Positions 1 to 8,990 of a DNA stretch of 64,000 bases are shown here, piece by piece. The notes beneath the pieces are model-generated. The model saw nothing but the letters and a program-made list of their open reading frames with translations. It had not been told where the DNA came from and searched no databases. This DNA is from an uncultured Actinomycetes bacterium (GTDB lineage: Bacteria; Actinomycetota; Thermoleophilia; RBG-16-64-13), in NCBI GenBank assembly GCA_963806155.1, contig CAWDXC010000011.1, positions 129,819-193,818 on the forward strand, given 5' to 3'. Position numbers and translations under genes: made by a program. Position 1 is the stretch's first letter; every line of letters starts with the position of its first letter.

Positions 1-178
1 GCTTTCTACTGCAGCTACCAAGGCCTTGCTTTCGGCTGGGGCTTTTTTCTCCAGGCCCTACGGGGAGAACGCTGACCTAATCATGAACCGAGACGCGGCT
101 ACGGTTGATCTACTAAACAGACTGAAGGGCATCTTCGATCCTAACAAGGTGATGAATCCCGGCAAATTGTGCTGGTAG
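1..178 (+). CDS. FAD-linked oxidase (GlcD-like), C-terminal fragment of a gene starting upstream of the window
   Basis: Frame 2 translates to ...LNRLKGIFDPNKVMNPGKLCW*, the conserved C-terminus of FAD-binding oxidases (GlcD / D-lactate dehydrogenase family). Stop at 176-178. Confidence 0.6.
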   Translation, partial: LSTAATKALLSAGAFFSRPYGENADLIMNRDAATVDLLNRLKGIFDPNKVMNPGKLCW

Positions 179-227
179 ATCTAGACGGTGCGGCAGGTCG
201 TTGCAACGACCATAGGAGAGGATAGAT

Positions 228-1496
228 ATGGAGCTTAAGAAGTACTTGGGCGATACCGAGATGTGCTGTCGCTGTTCCTGCTGCAAGTTCATTCCTCTAC
301 AGAAGATTATGGGAGAAGATTACTCGTACGTGTGTCCGAGCGTGGCCCGCTACAATTTCCACCACTATTCAGGTGGGGGAAGGCTGAACATCATCGACGC
401 CGCCATTAAGCGTGGACCCGATTATTCCGCCATGATCCTTGACTCCATCAAGAACTGCCAGTTGTGCGGGGCTTGCGGCGTTTCCTGTAACTACGCGATG
501 AACATGGAAGTGAATGAGCCGATCCAGGAGTTCCGGATCCAATCGGTGAAGGACGGCCACACGGTGGCGGCTCTAGACCAGGCGGTGAGCGGCCTGCGTA
601 GTCGCAACGCGATGGTGCCCGGCGACGCGGCCAAACGGGGCGATTGGGCACAGGGTCTGAATCTCAAGGACTTCACGGCCGAACCCGTTGAGGTTATCTA
701 CCACGCCGGCTGCCAAACGAGCTTCAACAGGGACCTGTGGAAGCTCGCTCGGGCCACTGCCGGCCTGCTGCGGAAGGCGGGCGTCGACTTCGGGATCGGC
801 GGCGCACGTGAGATCTGCTGCGCGGGCCGGGCCTATCAGATGGGCTACGAGGAGGATTTTCTCGTTCAGGCCCGGGAAAGTATGGAGAACATCCGAAAGT
901 CGGGTGCCAACGTACTGGTGACCGGCTGCGCAGATTGTTACCAGGCCTTCAAGGTCCTCTACGAGAAGATTCACCTGAGGGGCGGCTTGGAGGTCCTCCA
1001 CACCAGTGAGTACTTCGCCCGCCTTCTCGCGGACGGCAGGCTGCAACCGTCGAAGTCGGTGGAGCTGACGGTCACCTATCATGATCCTTGCCGTCTAGGC
1101 CGGTTAGGCGAACCCTGGGTCCACTGGGAAGGCACCAAAATACCCGGCCCCGCGTTCATCTTCGATCCGCAAAGGCCTTATCGCACCGGCGCGCACGGCG
1201 TGTACGAGTCGCCGCGAGACGTGCTCCGCGGCATTCCGGGATTGAGATTGAATGAGATGGTTCGCATCAAAGAGTACGCCTGGTGCTGCGGCTCCGGCGG
1301 GGGAGTGAGCGAAGCGAACCCCGAGTACGCACTGTGGACGGCTGAAGCCCGGATAGACGAAGCGGAGTCGACGGGTGCCGAGGCTTTGGTGACCAGCTGT
1401 CCTTGGTGCGAAAAGATCTTCGATCAAGTGGTCAGGGAGCGCGGCAGCAGTCTTCAGATCCTCGACCTGGTCGAGTTGCTGGACAAGGCCGTCTAG
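228..1496 (+). CDS. Fe-S oxidoreductase with two cysteine-rich CCG motifs (GlcF/LutA/heterodisulfide-reductase-like)
   Basis: ATG at 228 with RBS AGGAGAGG 7 nt upstream. Ferredoxin-like CxxCxxC motifs near the N-terminus (CCRCSCC, CQLCGACGVSC) and CCG-type motifs later (CCAG, CCGSGGG). 422 aa. Confidence 0.75.
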   Translation: MELKKYLGDTEMCCRCSCCKFIPLQKIMGEDYSYVCPSVARYNFHHYSGGGRLNIIDAAIKRGPDYSAMILDSIKNCQLCGACGVSCNYAMNMEVNEPIQEFRIQSVKDGHTVAALDQAVSGLRSRNAMVPGDAAKRGDWAQGLNLKDFTAEPVEVIYHAGCQTSFNRDLWKLARATAGLLRKAGVDFGIGGAREICCAGRAYQMGYEEDFLVQARESMENIRKSGANVLVTGCADCYQAFKVLYEKIHLRGGLEVLHTSEYFARLLADGRLQPSKSVELTVTYHDPCRLGRLGEPWVHWEGTKIPGPAFIFDPQRPYRTGAHGVYESPRDVLRGIPGLRLNEMVRIKEYAWCCGSGGGVSEANPEYALWTAEARIDEAESTGAEALVTSCPWCEKIFDQVVRERGSSLQILDLVELLDKAV

Positions 1497-1515
1497 GAAA
1501 GGAAGCGAGTGGACC

Positions 1516-2991
1516 ATGGCTCTAGCTAGGGACGTATATCGGGAATTCGAGGACGTGGTGGGGCCGGAAAACATCTCCGATGACCCGGCCATCATGCCCG
1601 CTTACCACGGATACAAGTTGGGTGCTGTCGTTTATCCGGCGAATACCAAGGAAGTCCAAGCCCTTGTGCGGCTGTGCAACAAGCACAAGGTTAAGTTCGC
1701 CCCGCTCTCGACCGATTTCACGGGCGTGATCGAGGACGGCACCATCTACCTCGATCTGCGGCGCATGAACCGCATCATCGAGATTAACGAGAAGAACATG
1801 TATGCCGTGGTAGAGCCGTACGTCATTGTCGCGGAGCTGCAGGCGGAGTTGTTCAAGCGGGGCCTGCACTGCAACACCAAGGGATCGGGCACCCAGGGTA
1901 CGGCGATTCTCGCGGGTCACGGCGAAATGGATCAGTCGACCAGCTGCGACGATCGCAACATCCTGGCTGTGGAATGGGTCACACCCCAGGGAGAGCTAGT
2001 CCGCGCGGGTTCGTGGGGATCGGCCGACGAGTGGTTCTGCGGGGACGGACCCGGCCCTTCCCTGAGGTGCGTCATAAACACCGCCATACCTCCTTTGCCG
2101 TCACCGGGGATACTCACAAAGCTCTCGAGGAAGTGCTACCACTGGCCGGGTCCGACCAGCCTTCCGGTCAAGGGCGTCTCGCCACGGTACACGATGAGTG
2201 ACATCCCGCCCAACATGATGGCCGCCTACTTCAGTTTCCCCTCGATCGAGAAGCTGTACGAGGCTGAGCGGAAGATCGGCGAGGCCGAAATCGCCGACAT
2301 GGTCATGGGCTACAATCCGGCGATGATGGCGGCCAACGTCAGCACCACCATCGAAGCAACGGCCGAGGTATACGAACGAATCAAGAAGGAAGTGCAGGGG
2401 CCAGGCTTCTACGTAATGATCTTTGGCATATCGGCCAAAGATTTTGAATACAAGAATAAGGTCCTGGACCTGATAATCAGCGAGACAGAGGGTGAGCGTC
2501 TGTCGCTTCTTCACGAACCGGATATTGAGGGCATGATGATTGCTCACGGCACAAGGGTCAGCAAGTCGATTAGAGAAACATTCAGAACTGGAGGGTTGTT
2601 TACCTCAATTCCTATCATCAGCCAGAGGGACTTGACCATCAGGTGGGCGGTGGGCGCTGGAACAGCCAAGTTGCCATTGATTGAACAAGGTCTGATCCTG
2701 GATGATGGTGGTGGCTTCTTCGGGTGGGGGATTGAGCATGGCCACCTGGGCAAAACAGAGATCTTCTGTGTATATGATCCAACGAACGCCGAGGCAAGAG
2801 CTGCGGTACTGGCGTGGAGAGACGAACAAGGGGGAAGGGCGCTCAGGGAAAGGTACTTTGCCCCCCTACACATTGGCGATCCGGCCCACGTTGGTGCGGA
2901 TCTGAGTGACTTCCATCTATGGAACAAGAAGATCAGGCAGGTGCTAGATCCGAATGATGTCGCCGCGGTGGTGGGTTTGACGGCGACGTAG
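1516..2991 (+). CDS. FAD-binding (PCMH-type) oxidase, GlcD/GlcE-like
   Basis: ATG with RBS GAAAGGAAG. The N-terminal FAD_binding_4-like region (VVYPANTKEVQALVRLCNKHKVKF...) matches this family. Lies directly downstream of the CCG Fe-S protein. Confidence 0.7.
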   Translation: MALARDVYREFEDVVGPENISDDPAIMPAYHGYKLGAVVYPANTKEVQALVRLCNKHKVKFAPLSTDFTGVIEDGTIYLDLRRMNRIIEINEKNMYAVVEPYVIVAELQAELFKRGLHCNTKGSGTQGTAILAGHGEMDQSTSCDDRNILAVEWVTPQGELVRAGSWGSADEWFCGDGPGPSLRCVINTAIPPLPSPGILTKLSRKCYHWPGPTSLPVKGVSPRYTMSDIPPNMMAAYFSFPSIEKLYEAERKIGEAEIADMVMGYNPAMMAANVSTTIEATAEVYERIKKEVQGPGFYVMIFGISAKDFEYKNKVLDLIISETEGERLSLLHEPDIEGMMIAHGTRVSKSIRETFRTGGLFTSIPIISQRDLTIRWAVGAGTAKLPLIEQGLILDDGGGFFGWGIEHGHLGKTEIFCVYDPTNAEARAAVLAWRDEQGGRALRERYFAPLHIGDPAHVGADLSDFHLWNKKIRQVLDPNDVAAVVGLTAT

Positions 2992-3529
2992 TCGATGCGC
3001 GAGAGGCTCAGGCTGGGGTTTGCGTATGGACAGGCGGATTAGCCGTTCGTGGAACGTCTTCTCACACCGGTTTGGCGTGGAATGTGCATCCCCTTCGCCT
3101 CTTTTGAGCGACGAGCTGATAGCGGAGAGCATCTTCGGCTCCGCTGACTTCCGGTACCGCATCTCGAGCAATAGAGACAGGCGGCAGGAGCTGATTCGCG
3201 CTCACATGCGGCTGATCCTAGCCGCACTCCAGGCACGCAATAAAGGCGGGGATATCGAATCTGACTTCCGACGCCTTGACGGACTCGTCGAGCATTTCGT
3301 CACACACATGCCCCCGTGTCCCCCTTCTCTGCAAGTGCCGTACGGGGAAAGCTGAACTCTGCAGAAACAGCGCGCGCCCACGTACTCGCTCGGTCCAGTG
3401 CTGTGTCATATGATATTACATTTGACACTAGTAACCTAGACGTGGCAGTATTTGAACAGCAACACCCAGGCATGCAGTCGTGTTGGACCTGAGTGATCAA
3501 GCGACATATCGTCGATTCGAGAGGGAGAG

Positions 3530-5056
3530 GTGGAGATGGGTGCCGAGGCGAGTAGCAAGACGCCGGATATTCAGGCCGATATCGTCATCGTCGGTGCAGG
3601 GGGCGCAGGCCTGGCGGCTGCCATCACCGCGGCCGAGAAGGGCTGCAATAGCATCATCCTCGTGGAGAAGACCGGGTCCCCCGGTGGTAGCACTGCCATG
3701 GCCCACGACATCTTCGGTGTCGAAAGTCCGGTGCAGGACCGCGCATGGATGGACACCTCGAAGGACGAGATCTTCAATATCCACATGGATTGGACCCACT
3801 GGACCGTGGATCCGCGCATCGTGCGGATGTTCGTCGACCGGGCAGGTGACACCGTTCGGTGGCTTGAAGAAAAAGGGATGGAGTTCCGGCTCTGGCCGAT
3901 GTATCCGAATCAGGCGCCGATCATCCGCCACGCCATCAAGGGGCGGGGAGTCGAGCTGTGCAAGATGCTTCGCAGGAACGTCGAAGAGCTGGGAGGCAAG
4001 ATCCTCACCCGCACAAAGGTGACCAAGATCCTGCGTGCGGATAGCGGTGAGGTGACCGGCATCGTCGCCCAGACTAAAGACGGCGAGATTGCCATCGGGG
4101 CCAAGACGGTCATCATCAGTACCGGTGGATATGGCGCCAACCGCGAGATGCTGAAGAAGTACTACCCGTACTACCACGACACCATGGAGTACGACGGCCC
4201 GCGCAATAACACCGGTGATGGCATCGTTCTGGCCCAAGAGGCGGGCGCGGCTCTTGCGGGTTTGGGTTCGATGAACCTGAGTGGCCCAAGCAGCCTGCCT
4301 CGCTCCGGCAACGACTTCGTGAATGTCGATGGAGCAGTGGATGCCAAGGGTGATCCCCTGAAGATCTGGTTCACTCCATTCTTCCTTGAACCAGACTCCC
4401 TCTGGGTGAACCTGAACGGCAAGCGCTACGTGAACGAGGGCTACATCCTTCAATTCTTCGCCTACGGGCACATCACCGCCCGTCAGCCGCAGGGTCTGTC
4501 CTTCACTCTCTACGATAGCGACGCCATCCGTCGCAAAGAGAAAGAGGGCATCTACAACCAGATGGCGCCCTGCTGGTTCCCGGCCGAGACCTACGTGTGC
4601 CACATCCCGCTGCCCGGACTGGAGCGAGAACTGCGCAGGCCCAACGATCTCATCAAGATCGCCGACACGATCGAGGACCTTGCCGAGTGGATGGGCGTGG
4701 ACCCTGCAATGTTGAAGGCCACCATCGATGAGTACAACGCGGCCTGCGATGCGGGCTATGACGGTGTCTTCGGCAAGGACCGGAAGTACCTGCAACCGCT
4801 GCGGACGCCGCCGTTCTTCGCGCTCAAAGGCCACGTAAACATCTGCGACACCATCGGCGGCATCAAGATTAACGAGAAGATGGAAGTCATCGACGTCGAG
4901 GGCAAGGTCATTCCCGGTCTCTACGCTGCCGGCGTGACCACAGGCGGTTGGGAAGGCGAGACCTACGACTATAACCTCACCGGCCACCTGGTGGGTTTCG
5001 CCGTCAATTCGGGTCGCACTGCCGGCGAGAGTGCGTACGCATACGTGGGGAAGTGA
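3530..5056 (+). CDS. FAD-dependent oxidoreductase, fumarate-reductase / 3-ketosteroid-dehydrogenase-like flavoprotein (FAD_binding_2)
   Basis: Dinucleotide-binding motif DIVIVGAGGAGLAAA, plus GSxxM, ISTGGYGAN and HLxGxxVxNSGRTAGE motifs. GTG at 3530 or ATG at 3536 with RBS GAGGGAGAGG. 508 aa. Confidence 0.8.
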   Translation: MEMGAEASSKTPDIQADIVIVGAGGAGLAAAITAAEKGCNSIILVEKTGSPGGSTAMAHDIFGVESPVQDRAWMDTSKDEIFNIHMDWTHWTVDPRIVRMFVDRAGDTVRWLEEKGMEFRLWPMYPNQAPIIRHAIKGRGVELCKMLRRNVEELGGKILTRTKVTKILRADSGEVTGIVAQTKDGEIAIGAKTVIISTGGYGANREMLKKYYPYYHDTMEYDGPRNNTGDGIVLAQEAGAALAGLGSMNLSGPSSLPRSGNDFVNVDGAVDAKGDPLKIWFTPFFLEPDSLWVNLNGKRYVNEGYILQFFAYGHITARQPQGLSFTLYDSDAIRRKEKEGIYNQMAPCWFPAETYVCHIPLPGLERELRRPNDLIKIADTIEDLAEWMGVDPAMLKATIDEYNAACDAGYDGVFGKDRKYLQPLRTPPFFALKGHVNICDTIGGIKINEKMEVIDVEGKVIPGLYAAGVTTGGWEGETYDYNLTGHLVGFAVNSGRTAGESAYAYVGK

Positions 5057-5082
5057 CTTCTTCATCGACTAAGGGAGCCTAG

Positions 5083-5349
5083 ATGGCATACAAGATCAGC
5101 GACGAGTGCGCGATGTGCGGGATGTGCGTGTGGGAGTGCCCGAACAGCGCGATCACTGAGGGCGACATGATCATGGAGATCGATCCGTACAAGTGCACGG
5201 AGTGCGTGGGCTCGAACCCTTCGCCTCGATGCGTGAAGGAATGCCCGAACGACGCCGTGGTGCTTGACCCTGCCCACGAAGAAACCAAGGAGCAGCTGCT
5301 AGCGAAGTGGGAGGGACTTCATCCTGGTGAGACACCAAAGATCTTCTGA
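5083..5349 (+). CDS. 2[4Fe-4S] ferredoxin (YfhL-like)
   Basis: CAMCGMCVWECP and CTECVGSNPSPRCVKECP cluster motifs. RBS AAGGGAG. 88 aa. Paralog of 8705..8986. Confidence 0.8.
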   Translation: MAYKISDECAMCGMCVWECPNSAITEGDMIMEIDPYKCTECVGSNPSPRCVKECPNDAVVLDPAHEETKEQLLAKWEGLHPGETPKIF

Positions 5350-5597
5350 TTCTTCGTAGTCTCAGTTCTCTAAAAGGGGCGGCAGTTGTAGTTTGCACCG
5401 GCTTGGGTGAGGTTTCAGGCGCCCTGTGGGCCGAGGGAACCCCCAACAATTCGGACACCCCGTTTCTCTGGTCTCTGGTCCATCTGCCTCGGGGAAGTGC
5501 CATCTTCTCAGCTGCTTCCTGTCCGCAGGCCGGTGCAAGTAGCCGCCGCGACCTGTCATTGTGCCGAAGAGTGTTGGCGAACCCCAAGGAGATCAGC

Positions 5598-6381
5598 ATG
5601 AGTTCGACTGGCCAACAACTCTATGCGGAACGCGAGAGACGGTTCAATGACATCGTGGCGCTGAAAAGGCCGGACCGGGTTCCCGTGATTCATCTTGTCA
5701 ATCTCTATTTCCCCACGGCGATCAAGGGGATCTCACATCGGGACGCCGGCTACGACCATGAGCTGCGTACAGATGCATGAGGGAAGCGGATCTCGATTTC
5801 GGCTGGGACTTCGCGGTGCCCAACGCGCTCTTCTCCTTCCTGAGCCTGGAGGCCTTCGGCATCAAACAGATCAAATTGCCGGGAGGCGATCTTTCCGAGG
5901 ATTCGCCCTTTCAGTTCGTCGAGGATGAGTAGCTGCGCGAGGACGAGTACGACGCCTTTCTTGGCGACCCGAACGGTTTCACCATGCGAACGATGTTTCC
6001 GCGGCTGGGGGACAAGCTCGCCCGCCTCGGGCAGGTGCCGCTACCCCCGCTGTTCTGGTTCTCCACCTCGTACCACCTGCCAATCGACGGTAGCAACATG
6101 CTTGCCGCTCCGCCGATGCGGAGCGCTCTTCAGGCGCTACTCGACCTGGCTGAGGCAACCAAAGAGAACAACATCGCTCTGGCAGCGCACATTACGGGAT
6201 GGCGACCCTCGACTACCCCTACGGCTTCGGCGTAGCTGGGGCCGCTGCCTTGGACGTGGTCTCGGATTTTTTCCGAGGCCTGCGGGGCGGCAGCCTCGAC
6301 ATCTACAGAAACCCGGCCAAACTCCTCGCGACCATCGAGCTGATGCACCCGTGCAGCACTCGGGCCGCGGCTACTAAGTAA
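5598..6381 (+). pseudogene. Uroporphyrinogen-decarboxylase-family (URO-D/MtaA-like) gene, disrupted
   Basis: Good start (AAGGAG-N7-ATG at 5598) and a URO-D-like N-terminus MSSTGQQLYAERERRFNDIVALKRPDRVPV. The reading frame then passes through three frames with an in-frame TAG near 5928 (…FQFVEDE*LREDEYDAFLGDPNG…). The C-terminal part (…SDFFRGLRGGSLDIYRNP…) is in a third frame. Confidence 0.45.
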
Positions 6382-6580
6382 AATAGGATATGGATTGAAA
6401 AGGCGCAGTAATTAGGATATCTTGGGGGCGACCGCCTGCAGGTCCTAATGGACGTGGCGGGTTCGACGGCCTGTGGCTCGGGCTTCCCGCCTCGACATCG
6501 CATCGCAAAGCGGCGGGCATTGCGAGCGTCAACGCCAGCGTGGATCGCGCAGGACTGACTGAGCAAGGGAGACCGGAATC

Positions 6581-8101
6581 ATGGATCTTACGGCAACAGG
6601 AAAGAGCCCCGACGTGCGGGCAGACGTAGCCATCATAGGCGGCGGGGGCGCCGGCTTGTCAGCCGCCCTCGCCGCCCTCGAGCTGGGCTCTACGTCGGTC
6701 TTGCTGCTCGAGAAGATGCCCTCTCCAGGCGGGAGTACCGTCATGGCTCACGACATCTTCGGTATCGAAAGTCCTGTGCAGAAACGGGCCTGGTTCAATA
6801 CCTCGCGGGACGAGATCTTCAAGACCCACATGGACTGGACCCACTGGACGGTCAATCCTCGGATCGTTCGCGCCTTTGTCGACAAATCGGGCGACACCAT
6901 CGCCTGGCTCGAGACAATGGGGCTCAGCTTCCGGCTTCTGCCCATGTATCCCAACCAGTCGCCACTCATCCGGCATTCGATCGAAGGGCGGGGGATCAAG
7001 CTGGTGAAGGTCCTGCGCGAGAACGCCGAGGGCCGGGGTTTGAAGCTACTCACCCGGACACGGGCCAAGAAGATCCTACGGGCCCAGAGTGGAGAGGTGG
7101 TCGGCGTGCTGGCCGAGACTGCCAACGGTGAGGTGACCATAGGGGCGAAGACGGTCATCATCGCCACGGGCGGCTACGGAGGCAACCGGGAGATGCTCAA
7201 GAAGTATTATCCTCACTACAAAGAGAGCATGACCTATGACCCGCCCCGTAGCAACACCGGGGACGGCATCACTATGGCCATCGAGGCCGGTGCCGACACC
7301 GCCGGTTTGGGCGCCGTGAACCTGCACGGCCCGGCTTTCTTGCCCCGGTCGGCTGCCGACATGATGGAGATCGACGACGTCTTGGACGCCCACGGCAGCC
7401 CGCTGAAGCTGCCCATCATGATCGCGTCGCTGGAGCCCGACACCATCTGGGTGAACAAACTGGGCGAGCGCTTCACCGACGAGGGTCGCATCCTTCAGTT
7501 CTTCGCCTACGGTTACGCCGTAGTCAGGCAGCCCGAAGGCCTTGCCTACACGCTTTACGACAGCGACCTGGTGCAACAAAAGGAGAAGGAGGGCGTCTAC
7601 TGCCAGCCGGCGCCTGGGTGGCACCCGCATGACACGTACTGCGCCCATTTCCCCTTGCCCGGTTTCGAACGGGAGATGCGCAAAGGTAATGACAAGATCA
7701 AGATTGCAGATTCCTGGGACGAGATCGCAGTGTGGATGGGAGCGGATCCCCCCGCGCTCCGAGCCACCGTGAACGAATACAACGTCGCCTGCGATCAGGG
7801 CCACGACCCGGTCTTCAACAAAGACCGTCAGTATCTGCGTCCGCTGCGCACGCCGCCCTTCTACGCGATCGAAGGGCACGCCATGATCGCCGATACCGTT
7901 GGCGGTATCAAGATCAACGAAAAGATGGAAGTCATTGACACCGCGGGCCGCGTCATCCCCGGACTACTCGCGGCCGGCACCACCACCGGAGAGTGGGAGG
8001 CCGAGGCCTACGACTACCACCTGACTGGTCACTTGGTGGGCTTTGCCATCAACTCCGGCCGCATCGCCGGGGAGACCGCCATGGGCTACTTGGCGGGCTA
8101 G
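6581..8101 (+). CDS. FAD-dependent oxidoreductase, paralog of 3530..5056 (~60% identity by eye)
   Basis: DVAIIGGGGAGLSAA motif and the same conserved blocks as 3530..5056. RBS GGGAGACC. 506 aa. Confidence 0.8.
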   Translation: MDLTATGKSPDVRADVAIIGGGGAGLSAALAALELGSTSVLLLEKMPSPGGSTVMAHDIFGIESPVQKRAWFNTSRDEIFKTHMDWTHWTVNPRIVRAFVDKSGDTIAWLETMGLSFRLLPMYPNQSPLIRHSIEGRGIKLVKVLRENAEGRGLKLLTRTRAKKILRAQSGEVVGVLAETANGEVTIGAKTVIIATGGYGGNREMLKKYYPHYKESMTYDPPRSNTGDGITMAIEAGADTAGLGAVNLHGPAFLPRSAADMMEIDDVLDAHGSPLKLPIMIASLEPDTIWVNKLGERFTDEGRILQFFAYGYAVVRQPEGLAYTLYDSDLVQQKEKEGVYCQPAPGWHPHDTYCAHFPLPGFEREMRKGNDKIKIADSWDEIAVWMGADPPALRATVNEYNVACDQGHDPVFNKDRQYLRPLRTPPFYAIEGHAMIADTVGGIKINEKMEVIDTAGRVIPGLLAAGTTTGEWEAEAYDYHLTGHLVGFAINSGRIAGETAMGYLAG

Positions 8102-8157
8102 ACGCGCGAGAACATCACTAGTTAAAGATACTCACATCTGACTCGGGGGTGGTTTGC

Positions 8158-8625
8158 ATGGAGCTCACATATGACAGCATGGTCAAGTTCATGGAGGAGT
8201 ACTTCCCCGTATACAGCGAATACGGCCAGTTTCCAGAGACCGTGAACCGCATGAAGGACTTCTTCGCGCCGGACCTGGAATTCACCGGGTACATGGGCTT
8301 TCCCGAAGGGCTGCTGGTCTACCCGGACCGCAAGTCATTCCTGGACTTCGACATTTCGCATCCCTGGGCTATCGAGAGACTGACTCCTCTCGACATGATG
8401 GTTGACGAGAGACGGAGAATAGTATTCGTGATAATCAAGTTCGAATTCGTGGACACGGAGACGGGAAAGGTCCTGGTCGAGGACCTGGGGGTGACCCAGT
8501 ACCACCTGGCGCTGGACGAAAACGACACCATAAAGATCAAGAAGCTGATCTTCTTCCCACAGCGGCTCGTGCCTGGAGCGAAGACCGGCAGCGACGTCTT
8601 TGGGTTCGATCATCGGCAGGGCTGA
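8158..8625 (+). CDS. Hypothetical small protein, possibly NTF2/SnoaL-like fold
   Basis: ATG at 8158 with RBS GGGGGTGG. 155 aa, no recognisable motifs. Inserted between the flavoprotein and ferredoxin of the second module. Confidence 0.35.
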   Translation: MELTYDSMVKFMEEYFPVYSEYGQFPETVNRMKDFFAPDLEFTGYMGFPEGLLVYPDRKSFLDFDISHPWAIERLTPLDMMVDERRRIVFVIIKFEFVDTETGKVLVEDLGVTQYHLALDENDTIKIKKLIFFPQRLVPGAKTGSDVFGFDHRQG

Positions 8626-8704
8626 CACGCAGACTGGTCGTAACTGTCCCCGGCCTCCTCAGATGAGGCAGGGGCGATCGACTGAGGCAGGAGAGGAACA
8701 AACC

Positions 8705-8986
8705 ATGGCTTACATGATTACCGATGACTGCATAATGTGTGGGCTGTGCGCATGGGAATGCCAGAACGAGGCGATCACTGAGGGTGATGGGAAGTTCGTG
8801 ATCGACCCTGACAGATGCTCGGAGTGCGTGGGCGCTGCGCCCGCACCGAAATGCGTGAACGAGTGCACGACGGGCGCCACCGTCCCAGACCCCTCTCGCC
8901 AGGAGACCCGGGAGCAGCTGCTCGCCAAGTGGCAGGCTCTTCACCCAGGCAAGACTCCGAGGACCTTCAACGGGACAGGGGCATAG
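8705..8986 (+). CDS. 2[4Fe-4S] ferredoxin (YfhL-like), paralog of 5083..5349
   Basis: CIMCGLCAWECQ and CSECVGAAPAPKCVNECT motifs. ATG at 8705 with RBS GGAGAGGAAC. The six-frame ORF 8600..8986 carries an N-terminal extension that lacks an RBS. Confidence 0.8.
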   Translation: MAYMITDDCIMCGLCAWECQNEAITEGDGKFVIDPDRCSECVGAAPAPKCVNECTTGATVPDPSRQETREQLLAKWQALHPGKTPRTFNGTGA

Positions 8987-8990
8987 CCGA

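Noticed and set aside
3000-3529. Small ORFs (3020-3355 plus strand; 2944-3171 and 3218-3409 minus strand) between the FAD oxidase and the first flavoprotein as a possible regulator
   Set aside because: No HTH or other motifs recognisable in any frame, and no start context. This is probably an intergenic or promoter region, or an unrecognisable remnant.
3497-5065. Long antisense ORFs listed by the six-frame track (522 aa, 3497-5065 minus strand). Also 7076-7879, 9507-10430, 12459-13427, 22687-23658, 39333-40376, 41002-41868, 44046-45002 and 46604-47635.
   Set aside because: Each lies entirely inside a strongly supported gene on the opposite strand. They have no RBS or start context and a Arg/Pro/Gly-rich composition typical of high-GC antisense frames. 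They are spurious open frames.
8600-8704. N-terminal extension of the second ferredoxin ORF (MGSIIGRADTQTGRNCPRPPQ…)
   Set aside because: No RBS. The paralog starts at the equivalent of 8705 (MAYxI…), and an excellent RBS precedes 8705.
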